Of a DNA stretch of 64,000 nucleotides, positions 8,534 through 23,500 are shown one piece after another; positions within the stretch are counted from its first letter, which is position 1; the number at the start of each line of letters is the position of its first letter. The notes beneath the pieces were generated by a model that saw nothing but the letters and a program-made list of their open reading frames with translations, was not told the DNA's origin and ran no database searches. The DNA is taken from the NCBI GenBank assembly GCA_026391215.1, contig JAPLDX010000048.1, forward strand, positions 22,052-86,051, in the 5' to 3' direction. Origin of the DNA: Bacteroidia bacterium. GTDB lineage: Bacteria > Bacteroidota > Bacteroidia > Bacteroidales > VadinHA17. A program made the translations under genes and the position numbers.

Positions 8534-11500
8534 ATGAATAAAAATTTCCTGATAAAGCCGGCATTAATACTCCTGTGCATTATCATTAACATTGATTTGT
8601 TCCCCCAGACTTTTGTTGATACCGGCATAACGCTAACAGGAGTTCAACGGAGCTCATCTTCATGGTGCGATTATGACAGGGACGGAGATATGGATATTCT
8701 GATCACCGGAGACAATATATCAAAAATATACCGGAACGATGGGAGCAATACATTTAATGAACAGACCGGAATAGTCCTTGAAGGGATCTGGCAAGGATCC
8801 GTATCATGGGGCGATTATGATAATAATGGATACCCGGATATCCTGATGACCGGATATAGCTCTTCCGGCACAATTTCAAAAGTATACCGCAACAATGGTG
8901 ACAATACATTCACCGAACAGACCACCATAGTTCTGAAAGGAGTTGGTGATAGTTCAACAGAATGGGGAGATTATGACAATGACGGAGATCAGGATATTCT
9001 ATTGACAGGTAATGGATATTCAAGAATATACAGCAACAATGGCGATAATACCTTTACCTGGCAAACGAGTATCAGCCTTCAGGGCATTTCTGAAAGTTCT
9101 GTAGCATGGGGAGATTATGACAGGGATGGTGATCTTGATATTTTATTGACCGGTGGGGATATTTCAAAAATATACCGGAACAATGGTAATAATACTTTTT
9201 CAGAACAAACCAGCATCAGCCTTATAGGAATTTCTTGTAGTTCAGTGGACTGGGGCGACTATGATAATGATGGCTATCTGGATATTTTATTAACAGGAAA
9301 CGACAATTCCGGGACTCCATTGTCCAAAATCTACCGCAATAATGGAGATAACAGCTTCTCAGAACAAACCGATATAGGATTAACGGGAGTAAACTATGGC
9401 TCTGCAGTCTGGGGTGATTATAACAATGATGGTTATACGGATATCTTATTAACTGGTTCTAATTACGGAGGACCAGTTTCCAAAGTATACAAGAACAATG
9501 GCAATAATACTTTTACTGAGCAGACAGACATTATACTTACTGCTGTCTATAACAGCCGTGTTGCCTGGGGTGATTACAATAATGACGGGAAACTTGATAT
9601 CCTGTTAACAGGCGATACCGGCAGCGTGACTGTATCTAAAATCTATCAAAATGCCATTGCGACAGCAAATACTGCACCGGCCGCACCGGCAGGATTATCT
9701 GCCACATCTGATGAAACATCAGTCACTCTTCAGTGGAGCAGTGTGACTGGTGACGCCACTCCTGCCGGAGGGATGAGCTACAATGTACGTGTGGGCACTT
9801 CTCCCGGGGGTAACGATGTGGTTTCACCAATGTCACTGACAGCGGGGTCACACCTGCTGCCAGTAAACGGTAATGACGGATCAAATACTTCTTATGTCCT
9901 GAAAAATCCTCCAAAAGCCACCTTATACTGGAGCGTTCAGGCAATCGATAACGGATTCCTGGGAGGTGCATTTGCTGATGAACAATCGCTCACGTATTCT
10001 GTATCATTGCAGGCTTCACATGTTTTTACAGATAGTATAAAGACATCATCAGTAATACTGAACTGGACCAGGGGAAATGGTTCTGCCTGTGTGGTATTTG
10101 GTAAGAAAGGCAACAGTGGATCAGCTGCACCGGAGGATGGGACTACATATACTCCTGATCCTGCGTTTGGCACTGGTTCGCAAATCGGATCAACCGGATG
10201 GTTTTGTGTGTACAGCGGAAATGGATCCAGTGTCAATGTTGTCGACCTGGAACCAGCAACATATTATGTTTTCCAGGTTATAGAGTTTCAGGCCGGACCG
10301 GCATATTATTTTACAACTGGGCAAGCCAATCCTATCACATTCCGCACAACTACTTTTGTTGAACTGACCGGTGTTACACTTGAATCAGTAACCAACTGTT
10401 CATCAGCCTGGTGTGATTATGACAGAGATGGAGACCTGGATATCCTTTTGACTGGGAATGGAATTTCAAAAATATACCGGAACGACGGAAGCAATACATT
10501 CAATGAACAAACCGGTATTGTCCTGGAAGGAGTATCAAACAGCTCTGTCGCCTGGGGAGATTTTAATAATGATGGCTATCCGGATATACTTCTGACAGGG
10601 GATGGACCCGGCTATCCGGTTTCCAAAGTATACCGCAATAATGGCAATAACACTTTTTCAGAGCAAACCAGCATAGTCCTCATAGGGGTAAGCAACAGTT
10701 CAGTAGCATGGTCAGATTATGACAACGATGGTGATCAGGATATTTTATTGACCGGGAATGGAAATTCAAGAATTTACAGCAACAATGGTGATAATACATT
10801 TACGTATCAGGCGGGAATCATTCTACGGAATGTAAACAGGGCAGCTGTCGACTGGGCTGATTATGACAGGGATGGCGATCTCGATATTTTATTAATCGGG
10901 TGGGGATGGACAAATATTTACCGGAATAATGGCAACAACACCTTTACTGATCAAACCAGTATAAGCATTCAGGGAGTTAATGATGCTACAGCAGCCTGGG
11001 GTGACTATGATAACGATGGCTATCCGGATATTGTACTGGCCGGATGGGATAATTCACAATGTATATCAAAAATCTATCACAACAATGGAGGCAATAGCTT
11101 TACAGAACTAACCGGTACAGCGCTGACTCCGGTATGCAACGGATCGGTTGACTGGGGCGACTTTGATAATGATGGCTACCTGGATATCCTATTGGCTGGC
11201 TGGGGTCCGGCAGGACCTGTTTCCATAATATACAGCAACAACGGCAATAGCACTTTTTCCGAGCAGACAGACATAAATCTTAAAGGTGTTGGCAGCAGCT
11301 CTGTATCCTGGGGTGACTATAATAATGACGGTAAGCTCGATATCCTGTTAACAGGCGATACCGGCAGCGGCTATGCATCCAAAATCTATCAGAATGCAAC
11401 AGGAACCGCTAACATTGCACCGGCGGCACCTCCAGGATTATCTGCCACAGGTGTCCCAACATCCGTTGCATTTCAGTGGAGTGGTGTAACAGAAGATGCG

Positions 11501-14500
11501 ACTCCTGCAGGGGGAATGAGTTATAATCTGCGCATCGGCACCTCTCCCGGGGGCAGCGACGTGATTTCTCCGATGTCACTTGTCGCCGGATCACATCTTT
11601 TACCGAATTACGGCAATGTGGGTTCAAGTGTATACTATACACTTAAAAATCCACCGAAAGCAACTTTATACTGGAGCGTCCAGGCAGTAGACAATGGATT
11701 GATGGCAGGCGCATTTGCGGCCGAACAATCAATAGCCTTTTCCATATCATTACAGGCCTCACGGGTTTTTGCCGACAGCATAATGCCATCTTCACTGAGA
11801 TTGAATTGGACCCGTGGTAATGGTTCCGGCCGTGTGGTTTTTGCAAAGAAGGGTAACAGCGGAACTGCAACCCCGGAAAATGGAATGACTTATACTGCAA
11901 ATACTTCCTTTGGCAGCGGTTCACAAATCGGGACAAGCGGGTGGTATTGTGTATATAATGGAACCGGATCAGGCGTTGAAATTACCGGATTGGAACCACT
12001 GACAAACTATATTTTCCAGGTAATTGAGTATGACGCAGGTAATATTTATTTTACTGAAACCGGTCAGTCCAATCCTGTAGTAATACAGACTAATGCATTT
12101 ATTGAACAGACAGATATACTCCTTCAGGGTATAAGTCACAGTTATTTAGCCTGGGGTGATTACGACAGGGACGGAGACCTCGATATCGTGCTGACGGGGG
12201 ACGGAATGTCAAAAATATATCGCAATGAAGGGAGCAATACATTTACTGAGCAGGCTGGTATAATCCCGGAAACCATTAGTAACAGCACAGTTGCCTGGGG
12301 AGATTATGATAATGATGGTTATCCGGATATCCTCTTAACAGGAGATGGTCCATCGGGACCGGTTTCAAAAGTGTACCACAACAATGAGAACAATACATTT
12401 ACTGTACAAACGAGCATAATCCTCCAGGGAATTAGCAATGGTGCAGCTGAATGGGGGGATTATGACAATGACGGGGACCAGGATATTTTACTCGTTGGCA
12501 ACGGACATACCAGAATATATAGTAACAACGGCGATAATACTTTTACGTGGCAGGCTGGGATAACTATTCAGGGTGCTTCTGAAAGCTCTGCAGCCTGGGG
12601 TGATTGTGATAACGACGGAGACCTTGATGTTTTACTTACAGGGTGGAACAGCGCGAGAATATTCCGCAACAACGGAGATAATACATTTATCGAAATTACC
12701 GGGCTCCCGCTGCATGGAGTATCCTGGGGTTCAGCCTCATGGGGCGATTATGACAATGATGGCTGGCTCGATATCCTGCTGGCAGGAAACGGAAGTTCAA
12801 AAGTCTATCGTAATAACCATAACAATACTTTTTCTGAACAGACAGGAATAACCATGGTGGGTACCTGGAACAGTTCAGCAGCATGGGGTGATTTTGATAA
12901 CGACGGATACGCTGATATTTTGTTGACAGGCTGGGGACCTGACAAACAGATATCCAAAGTTTACCGGAACAATGGCAATAACACCTTCTCTGAGCAGACT
13001 GGAATAACTCTTACCGGTATCAACAACGGCTCTGCAAGCTGGGGTGATTACAATAATGACGGGAAGCTCGATATACTATTGTCAGGTGATATCCAGAATG
13101 GAGGAGTAACCAAAATATATCAAAATAATTATATAACGTCAAATGCTGCACCTGCAGCACCAGCAGGATTATCAACCACCAGTAATGAAACATCCGTAAC
13201 TCTTCAGTGGAACAAGGTTATCGGTGATGCAACACCTGCCGATGGAATGAGTTACAATGTGCGCATTGGTACCACTCCCGGAGGAAGTGATGTGGTTTCT
13301 CCATTATCATTGACATCAGGATCAAGACTGCTGCCGAAGCAGGGTAATGCACAGTCGAACACTTTTTATATTCTTAAGAATCCCCCAAAAACAACATTTT
13401 ACTGGAGTATTCAGGCTATTGACAATGGATTAATGTCCGGGCCATTTGCTGCTGAACAATCGTTTACCTATTCTGTATCACTTCAGGCATCAAATGTCTT
13501 TGCAGACAGTATCAGGCTATCGTCAGTACAATTGAAATGGACCCGTGGCAATGGTTCTGCCTGTGCGGTTTTTGCAAAGAAAGCAAATACCGGAACTGCG
13601 GTACCCGTAAATAGCACCGTTTATACTGCAAATACTGTATTTGGAAGCGGCCAGCAAATTGCCACAAGCGGGTGGTATTGTGTCTACAACGGGACAGGAT
13701 CAGGTGTAAAGGTCACGGGACTTGAAATATTGACGGATTATATCTTCCTTGTTATTGAATATGATGCCGGACCGGTATATTATGCAGAAACAGGAAACTC
13801 CAATCCAGCTGTTGTACAGACCAATGCATTTGAAGAACAAACAGGTATTGTTCTTCAGAATATGGGCAATACGGCAGGAGCCTGGGCTGATTACGATAAG
13901 GACGGAGACCCGGATATCCTGCTTACAGGAGACGGAATGTCAAGATTGTACCTAAATAACGGAGACAATACATTCACCGAACAGGCTGGTATAATTCCGG
14001 ATAACTTCAGCAGCAGTACAGTTGCATGGGGTGATTTTAATAATGATGGTTATCCGGATATCCTTATAACAGGGGACTGCCAATCAGGTCAGGTTTCCAG
14101 AGTGTACCGCAACAACGGAGACAATACATTTACCTGGCAAACCAGCATTGTCCTGCCTGGGATAAACAACGGTTCGACAGAATGGGGAGATTACGACAGC
14201 GACGGGGACCAGGATATCCTGCTGGCAGGGAATGGTTTTTCAAGAATATACAGCAACAATGGCGACAACACCTTTACATGGCAGTCGGGAATAAGCTTAC
14301 CGGGGATTTCAAACGGCGCAGCAACCTGGGGCGATTATGACAACGACAGTGATCCCGATGTTTTATTAAGCGGGTGGGGATTTTCAAAAATATTCAGAAA
14401 TAACGGAGACAGGACTTTTACCGAACAAACCGGCATCAGCCTCCAGGCAACTAATGACGGAGCATCAGCAGCGTGGGGCGACTATGATAATGATGGTTAC

Positions 14501-17500
14501 CTGGATATTCTATTGACCGGATTAAACAATTCTTCAGGTCAGATATCCAAAGTCTACCATAATAACGGAGACAATACCTTCACCGAACAAACTGGTATAA
14601 TCCTGACAGGAATAAACAATGGCTCCTCAGCCTGGGGTGATTTTGACAATGATGGTTTTGCGGATATCCTTTTATCCGGTTATACTGCTACCCGTCAAAT
14701 TTCAAAAATATACCGGAACAATGGTGACGGTACTTTTTCGGAACAGACAGGAATAGTTCTTGCAGGTGCCGGGAACTGCATCGCAGCCTGGGGCGACTAT
14801 AACAATGACGGGAAACTCGATATCCTGTTGTCAGGCGATTCGGGCTACGGAGGGATATCCAAAATATATAAGAATTCATATATAACATCCAATACCGCAC
14901 CGGGGACACCATCGGGATTATCAGAAACAACCGGAGAAGCATCCATTACTCTGCAGTGGGGCGATGTAACAGGCGATGCCACTACTGCAGAAGGAATGAG
15001 TTATAATGTGCGCATTGGCAACACTCCGGGAGGGAGTGAAGTGGTTTCACCAATGTCGCTGGCATCTGGATCGCACCTGATACCGAGGCGTGGCAATGTC
15101 TGGTCAGGTACTTCATTTATACTGAAAAACCCTGCAAAAACCACTTTTTACTGGAGTGTCCAGGCAGTTGACAACGGATTATTGGCAGGTGCATTTGCTG
15201 GTGAACAATCATTCAACTATTCAGTTTCACTGCAGGCTTCAAATGTGTTTGCTGATAGCATCAAACCATACTCAGTAAGATTAAACTGGACCAGGGGCAA
15301 TGGTTCTGCCTGTGTTGTTCTTGCAAAGAAAGGCAACAGCGGAACAGCAACTCCTGAAAATGGTATAATCTATACAGCGAATCCTGTATTTGGGAATGGT
15401 TCCCAAATTGGAACAAGCGGTTGGTACTGCATTTATAATGGAACAGGATCAAGTGTAAAAGTCACTGGTCTCGAAGCATTGACTGATTATGTTTTTCAGG
15501 TTATTGAATATGATGCAGGACCATCATATTTCACTGAAACCGGGCAGGCCAATCCTGCTGTTGTTCAATCTAATGCATTTGAGGAGCAGACAGGTATAAC
15601 TCTTCAGGGTGTAAATAACTCTTCGTCTGCATGGGCTGATTATGACAGGGACGGAGACCTGGATATTCTGCTGACGGGAGACGATGTGTCAAAAATATAC
15701 AGGAATAATGGTAACAATACATTTACTGAACAGACCGGAATAATCCTGCAGGGAGTAAATAACAGTTCGGTGGCATGGGGCGATTATGATAATGATGGTT
15801 ACCCGGATATCCTCTTGTCAGGCTGCAGTCCTTCAGGAGTAATTTCCAGGGTATACCGCAACAACGGCAACAATACATTCACTGAGCAGACAAGCATTGC
15901 CCTGCAGGGTGTGTGCAACGGTTCAGTGTCATGGGCAGATTATGACAACGACGGAGATCCTGATATTTTATTGTCGGGAAGCGGTATTACAAGAATATAC
16001 AGCAACAACGGAGATAATACATTTACGTGGCAGACAGGCATAGTTTTGCAAAACACTGATGGGAGCTCGGCAGCGTGGAGTGATTATGACAGGGATGGAG
16101 ATCCTGATCTTTTACTGACCGGGTGGAATAATTCAAGAATATACCGTAACAATGGCAATAATTTTTTTACTGATCAAACCGGCATAAGTCTTGAAACAAT
16201 CAGTCAGGGTTCGGTAGCCTGGGGCGACTATGATAACGACGGTAATCCTGATATTTTATTGACAGGATATACCAATTCCTGGGTCCCTATATCCAAAATT
16301 TACCATAACAATGGCAATAACAGCTTCAGCGAACTTGCAGGTACATCATTAACAGGAGTTGGCAATGGTTCAGTAGCCTGGGGTGATTTTGACAACGATG
16401 GTTATCCTGACATACTGTTAACCGGCTATGATCCAGCAGGAAAACAGATTTCTAAAGTTTATCATAACAACGGTAACAGTACCTTTTCAGAACAGCCAGG
16501 CATTGTACTTAAAGGAGTGGGCCACGGCTCAGCAGCCTGGGGCGATTACACCAATGACGGGAAACTGGATTTTATGTTAACTGGCTATTCCGGTTACGGA
16601 GGCATATCCGGGATTTATCAGAACTTCATAACAACCTCCAATAGTGCACCGGCTGCACCAACAGGATTGTCGGCCACAGGCACTGAGGCAGCTGTCACTT
16701 TTCAGTGGAGCGGAGTTTCAGGTGATGCCACCCCAACGGCAGGCATGAGTTACAATGTACGCATTGGTACGACACCCGGGGGAAGCGAAATAGTTTCTCC
16801 AATGTCGCTGACTTCCGGATCGCGTTTGCTGCCTGATCAGGGCAACGCCTGGTACAATACTCAGTTTATCTTAAAGAAACCTGAAATGGCAACCCTGTAC
16901 TGGAGTGTACAGGCTATTGATAAAGGATTATTGTCCGGACCATTTTCTGCTGAGCAGACATTCACCTATTCCTTCCCTCTTCAGGCTTCAAATGTTTTTG
17001 CTGATAGCATTAATCCCTCATTCTTGAAGCTGAACTGGACAAGAGGCAATGGTTCAGGCTGTTTAGTATTTGTGAAGAAAGGCGACAGCGGGTCAGCCAT
17101 ACCTGTAAACAGTACGGTGTATTTAGCCAATACTGTATTTGGCAGTGGTACACAGATTGGCTCAACCGGGTGGTACTGTGTTTACAATGGAACAGGAGCC
17201 AGTGTCAGAATTATGGGGCTGGAACCTTTGACAAATTATGTTTATCATGTAATAGAGTTTGATACAGGGCCGTCATATTTTACTCAGACCGGACAAGCTA
17301 ATCCGGTTATTATCCAGTCGAATGCATTTGCCGAACAGACCGATATAATCCTCCAGGGAGTCAACAATAATTCAATAGCCTGGTGTGATTACGACAGGGA
17401 CGGTGATCTTGATATTATCCTGACCGGAGACGGAATGACCAAAATATACCGGAATGAGGGCGTCAATACATTTATTGAACAGACCACGATAGCATTACAG

Positions 17501-20500
17501 GGAGTAAGCAGCGGTTCTGTAGCCTGGGGCGACTATGATAATGATGGTTACCCGGATATCCTGTTAACCGGGGATAGCCCTTCAGGTCCGGTTTCCAGAG
17601 TGTACCGTAATAATGGCAACAATACTTTTACTGATCAGGCCAGTATAGTCCTTATAGGAGTAAGCAACAGTTCGGTAGCCTGGGGTGATTACAATAATGA
17701 CGGGAATCCTGATATCTTATTATCCGGGCATGACAAGGACAATAATGGAATTTCCAGGATATACCGAAATAACGGAGATAATACTTTTACCTGGCAGGAA
17801 GGGATCAGCCTGTATGGAGTTTCTGAAAGCTCCGTAGCCTGGGGGGATTATGATAACGACGGCGACCTGGATATTTTACTGACCGGTTGGAGCAGTTCAA
17901 GGATCTACTGCAATAACGGAGATAATACTTTTACTGAGCTCTCCGGGATAACCCTGTACGGAGTCTCCTGGGGTTCTACAGCCTGGGGGGATTACGATAA
18001 TGATGGTTACCTGGATATCCTTATGACGGGAAATGGAATTTCAAAAGTGTACAGGAATAGCCGGAACAATACTTTTTCTGAACAAACCGGCATAATCCTG
18101 CCTGCAATATGGCAGGGCAATGCAGTCTGGGGGGATTATGATAATGATGGTTATGCGGATATCCTGTTAACGGGTTATGCTTCAGCAGGGCATGTTTCCA
18201 AAGTTTACAGGAACAACGGTAACAACACTTTTACAGAGCAAACAGGAATAGTTCTTAAGAATATCGGCAACGGCAATGCAGTCTGGGGTGATTACAATAA
18301 TGACGGAAAGCTCGATATTCTTTTATCAGGTGATACAGGAAACGGAACAGTTACAAAAATATATCAGAACTCTCTTATTAGTTCCAATGCCGCCCCAGCA
18401 GCACCAGGAGGATTATCCGCAACAAGTAATGAAACATCAATAATTTTTAAGTGGAACCGTGTGACAGGAGATGCTACCCCTGCAAAAGGAATGAGTTACA
18501 ATGTGCGCATCGGTACAACACCAGGAGGAAGCGATATGGTTGCACCAATGTCACTGGCATCAGGTAAAAGACTGGTACCTGAGATGGGAAATGTCCAGTC
18601 AGATACTCTCTTTATACTTAAGAATCCTAAAAAAGGCACTTATTATGGGAGTGTCCAGGCTATCGATAACGGATTTTATCCAGGTGCATTTGCTGTGGAA
18701 CAATCGATTACCTATTCTTATTCGGTACAAGCTTCATATATTCATGCTGATAGCATAAAGGCTTTGGATATGATTATACGCTGGAACAGAGGTAACGGAT
18801 CCGGCTGTGTTGTCTTTGCAAAGAAAGGAGATAGCGGATCAGCGGTTCCGGCAAACGGCACTACATATACTGCTGATCCGGTTTTTGGTAATGGATCACA
18901 GATTGGCGCCACAGGATGGTATTGTATTTATAACGGAACCGGGATCAATGTTAAAGTGAGTGGGTTGGAACCGTTGGCCAGTTATATTTTCCATGTAATA
19001 GAGTTCGAAACAGGGCTATCATACTATACTCAAACAGGGCAGTTTAATCCTGCTGTTTTGAAAACGAACCTGTTTGCTGAACTTACCAGAACAATACTTC
19101 CTGGTATTGGAGGTCATTGTTCATCTGCCTGGGGCGATTATGACAGGGATGGAGATCTGGATATTTTGTTGACAGGATACGGGATATCAAAGATATACCG
19201 CAATGATGGCAGCAATACATTTAATGAACAGACCGGTATAATTCTTGAAGGAGTATCAGCTTCCTCTGCGTCCTGGGGGGATTATGACAATGACGGATAT
19301 CTTGATATTTTATTGACCGGGTGGTCAAATAATGGATATTCAATGTCCAAAATTTACCGCAATAATGGTGACAATACGTTTACCTGGCAAAGCAGTATTT
19401 CGCTTACCGGAGTAGTCAATGGTGCTGTAGCCTGGGGTGACTACGATAATGACGGGGATCTTGATGTTTTGCTGACAGGCAGCAGATATTCAAAAATATA
19501 CCGGAATAACGGTGATAATACTTTCACTGAACAGACAGCGATCTCATTAACAGGAGTAGATTCAGGCACTGCTTCCTGGGGAGATTATGATAACGATGGT
19601 GATCTGGATATTTTAATGACAGGTCAGGCGGTGGCCAGTCCGGTTGCTAAAATCTTCCGAAACAATGGTGATAATACCTTTTCTGAGCAGACAGGCATTA
19701 ACCTTGAGGGAATAAACGAAGGTTCAGCGAAATGGGGAGACTATGATAACGACAGTTACCTGGATTTCTTTGTGGCAGGACAGGGACGCGCCAAATTATT
19801 CCACAATAATGGCAATAATACTTTTACTGAACAAACTGGTATAAGTATTCCTGGTATCAATCAAAGTTCAGCAACCTGGGGAGATTATGATAATGATGGC
19901 TTTATTGATATTTTATTGTCAGGGAATGAAAATACGGGTCTTACAGTATCAAAAATATTCCGGAACAACGGCAATAAGACGTTTTCAGAACAAACAGACA
20001 TTATTTTGCCTGGTGTCTCCCGCGGCTCAGTAGACTGGGGCGATTATGATAATGACGGGAAACTGGATATCTTATTAACCGGTGATAGCAGAAATGGAAG
20101 TATATCCAAAATCTATAAGAATTATATTACAAAATCCAATGCCGCGCCGGCAGCGCCATCAGGATTGTCGGCCACCACTAACGAAACATCAGTAATTCTC
20201 AGGTGGAACAGGGTAACAGGTGATGAGACCCCCGCCAAAGGAATGAGTTACAATGTACGCATCGGGACTTCTCCCGGAGGGAGCGATGTTGTTTCAACAA
20301 TGTCACTGACCTCCGGATCACACTTGCTTTCAGGCATGGGTAATGCTCAGTGTGATACGATGTTTATCCTGAAATATCCTGATAAAGTCACTTATTACTG
20401 GAGCGTTCAGGCTATTGATAACGGACTAAAGCCAGGTCCTTTTGCTACTGAACAAACGATTATTTATTCAGTACGGTTGCAGGCTTCTCAGATCATTGCC

Positions 20501-23500
20501 AGTGACGTTCAGGCATCGCAACTATCACTTACCTGGAGAAGGGGAAATGGTTCTTCCTGCATGGTATTTGCAAAGAAAGGTGACACTGGTTCCCCGCTGC
20601 CATCAGACGGCATCACATATACATCTGATCCTGTGTTTGGCAACGGTTCACAAATTGGCACATCTGGCTGGTACTGTGTTTATAACGGGACCTCAACTAA
20701 CGTCAGTATTACCGGACTGGAGCCATTGACAAATTATATTTTCCAGGTAATAGAGTATGAAACCGGTCCCTCATATTATACTCAATCAGGGCAGGCCAAT
20801 CCTATTGTCGTTATGACAAATGTATTTGCTGAACAAACCAGTATAATCCTGCCGGGAGTTTCTAACAGTACAGTAGCATGGGGTGATTATGATAATGATG
20901 GTGATCTCGATATTTTACTGACAGGAGTTAAAATCAACAATGAAAGAATTTCAAAGATACACCGGAATGATGGCAGTAATACTTTTGCCGAACAGACCGG
21001 CATAATTCTTCAGGGAGTCATGAATGGATCAGGAGACTGGGGCGATTATGATAACGACGGAGATCTTGATATTTTACTTACAGGAGAAGGAATATCAAAA
21101 ATATACCGGAACAACGGGAATAATACTTTTTCAGAACAAACTGGCATTAACCTGCAGGGAGTTAGTGAGTCTTCAGTAGCATGGGCTGATTATGATAACG
21201 ATGGATATCTCGATATTTTACTTTCGGGGAATAACACAAGCGGGATAGCCGTTACTAAAATCTATCGGAACAACGGGAATAATTCATTTACTGAACAGAC
21301 AGGCATAACTCTGCCTGCAATCGGATACAGTGCACTGGCATGGGGTGATTACGATAATGATGGGTATAAAGATATTTTGCTGGGTAATTCGAAAATATAT
21401 AGGAACAACGGTAATAATACTTTTACTGAACAAACCAATATTAATCTATATGGGGTTGGTGAACCTTCGGTAGCATGGGGCGATTACGACAACGATGGAT
21501 ATCTGGATATTTTATTATCCGGAACTTCAAATCCCGAATCTGTATCTAAAATATATCGTAATAACGGGAACAATACTTTTTCTGAACAAACAGGTATCAA
21601 CTTGAAGGGAATTAACCAGGGATCAGGCTGCTGGGGAGATTTTGATAATGATGGTAATCTTGATATTTTGTTAACCGGAGGGGGATTCACAAAAATATAT
21701 CACAACGAAGGAGACAATACTTTTACAGAATATCCCGACCTGGGTCAGTCAGGCCTTCAAAACAGTTCGGCCGCCTGGGGCGATTACAATAAGGATGGGA
21801 AACTGGATATTCTTTTATCAGGGCAATCTGCCAATGGTTATATTACAAAGATCTACCGCAATTTATCTGGCACATCCAATATAGCTCCGGAAGCCCCTGC
21901 AGAACTGTCATCAACCATAAATGAAACATCAGTAATTCTAAAATGGAACAGGGTAACGGGTGATGCAACTCCTTCGAAGGGAATGAGTTATAATGTTCGC
22001 GTCGGCACTTCCCCCGGAGGCAGCAATGTTGTCTCCCCAATGTCGCTGGCATCAGGATCACGACTCCTTCAGAGTTTGGGCAATACCCACGCAGATTCTC
22101 TTTTTATTCTGAAGAATCCCAAAAAAACCACTTATTACTGGAGTGTCCAGGCAATTGATAATGGCTTTTTACCCGGCTTATTTGCTGCTGAGCAATCACT
22201 TACCTATTCCTTATCGGTGCAGGCCTCAAATGTCTTTGCCGACAGCATAAAACCATCATCGTTAAGACTGAACTGGACAAGAGGTAATGGCTCGGGATGC
22301 GTCGTATTCGCAAAGAATGACAACAGCGGTATGGCAGAACCTGTAAATGGTACAGCTTATTCTGCTAACCCTGTATTTGGTAACGGCACCCAGATTGGGA
22401 CCAGCGGATGGTACTGCGTATACAGCGGAACTGGAATTTCTGTAAATGTCACAGGCATAACGACCACTGATAATTATATTTTCCACGTAATTGAGTTTGA
22501 ATCAGGCCCCTCATATTATACCCAGACAGGGCAGGCCAATCCTTTTATTCTTCTTCCTTCTATACTTGCAGAGCAAACCGGGATAAACCTTCCGGCCATT
22601 GGAAACCGTTCCTCAGCTTCCTGGGGCGATTACGACAGGGATGGAGACCTGGATATATTACTGGCGGGAGATGGAATATCAAAGATCTATCAGAACGATG
22701 GCAATAATGTCTTTTCAGAGCAAACCGGTATAACCTTGCCGGGAATATGGCAGGGTTCTGCTGCATGGGGAGATTATGATAATGATGGTGATCTCGATAT
22801 TCTGCTGACCGGTTACCATTCCTCAGTAAGAATATCTAAAGTATATAGGAATAATGGCAACAGCTCATTTACCGAGCAAACAGGCATAATACTGACAGGC
22901 GTAGGAAATAGTGCTGTAGCCTGGGCTGACTTTAATAGTGATGGGCTTCTGGATATTTCACTTACTGGTGATTGTCCCTATGGCTCAGTTACTCAAATAT
23001 ACCGCAATAATGGCAATAATTCCTTTACAGAGCAGCCCGGATTAAACATCCTGGGAGTCAACAACGGATCAATTGAATGGGGTGATTATGATCATGATGG
23101 CGATCCCGATATCCTTTTAACAGGCAATAGTACAGAAGGCACAATTTCAAGAATCTACTCCAACAACGGTGATAATACTTTTACTTACCAGTCAGGTATT
23201 AATCTGACAGGAGTTGGAGAAGGTACAGCAAAATGGGGCGACTATGACAACGACAGCAACCTGGATATTATACTTTCAGGAAACGGAATAACAAAAATAT
23301 ACCGTAACAACGGAAATAGTACTTTCTCTGAACAAACCGGCATAAGCCTCCAGGCAGTTCATCAGACTTCAATAGCCTGGGGTGATTATGACAATGATGG
23401 TTTTCCGGATATCTTTTTAACAGGGAATAATAATAGCTGGATCTCTGTAGCCAAAATCTACCATAATAACGGTGACAATACTTTTTCAGAACAGACAGAC

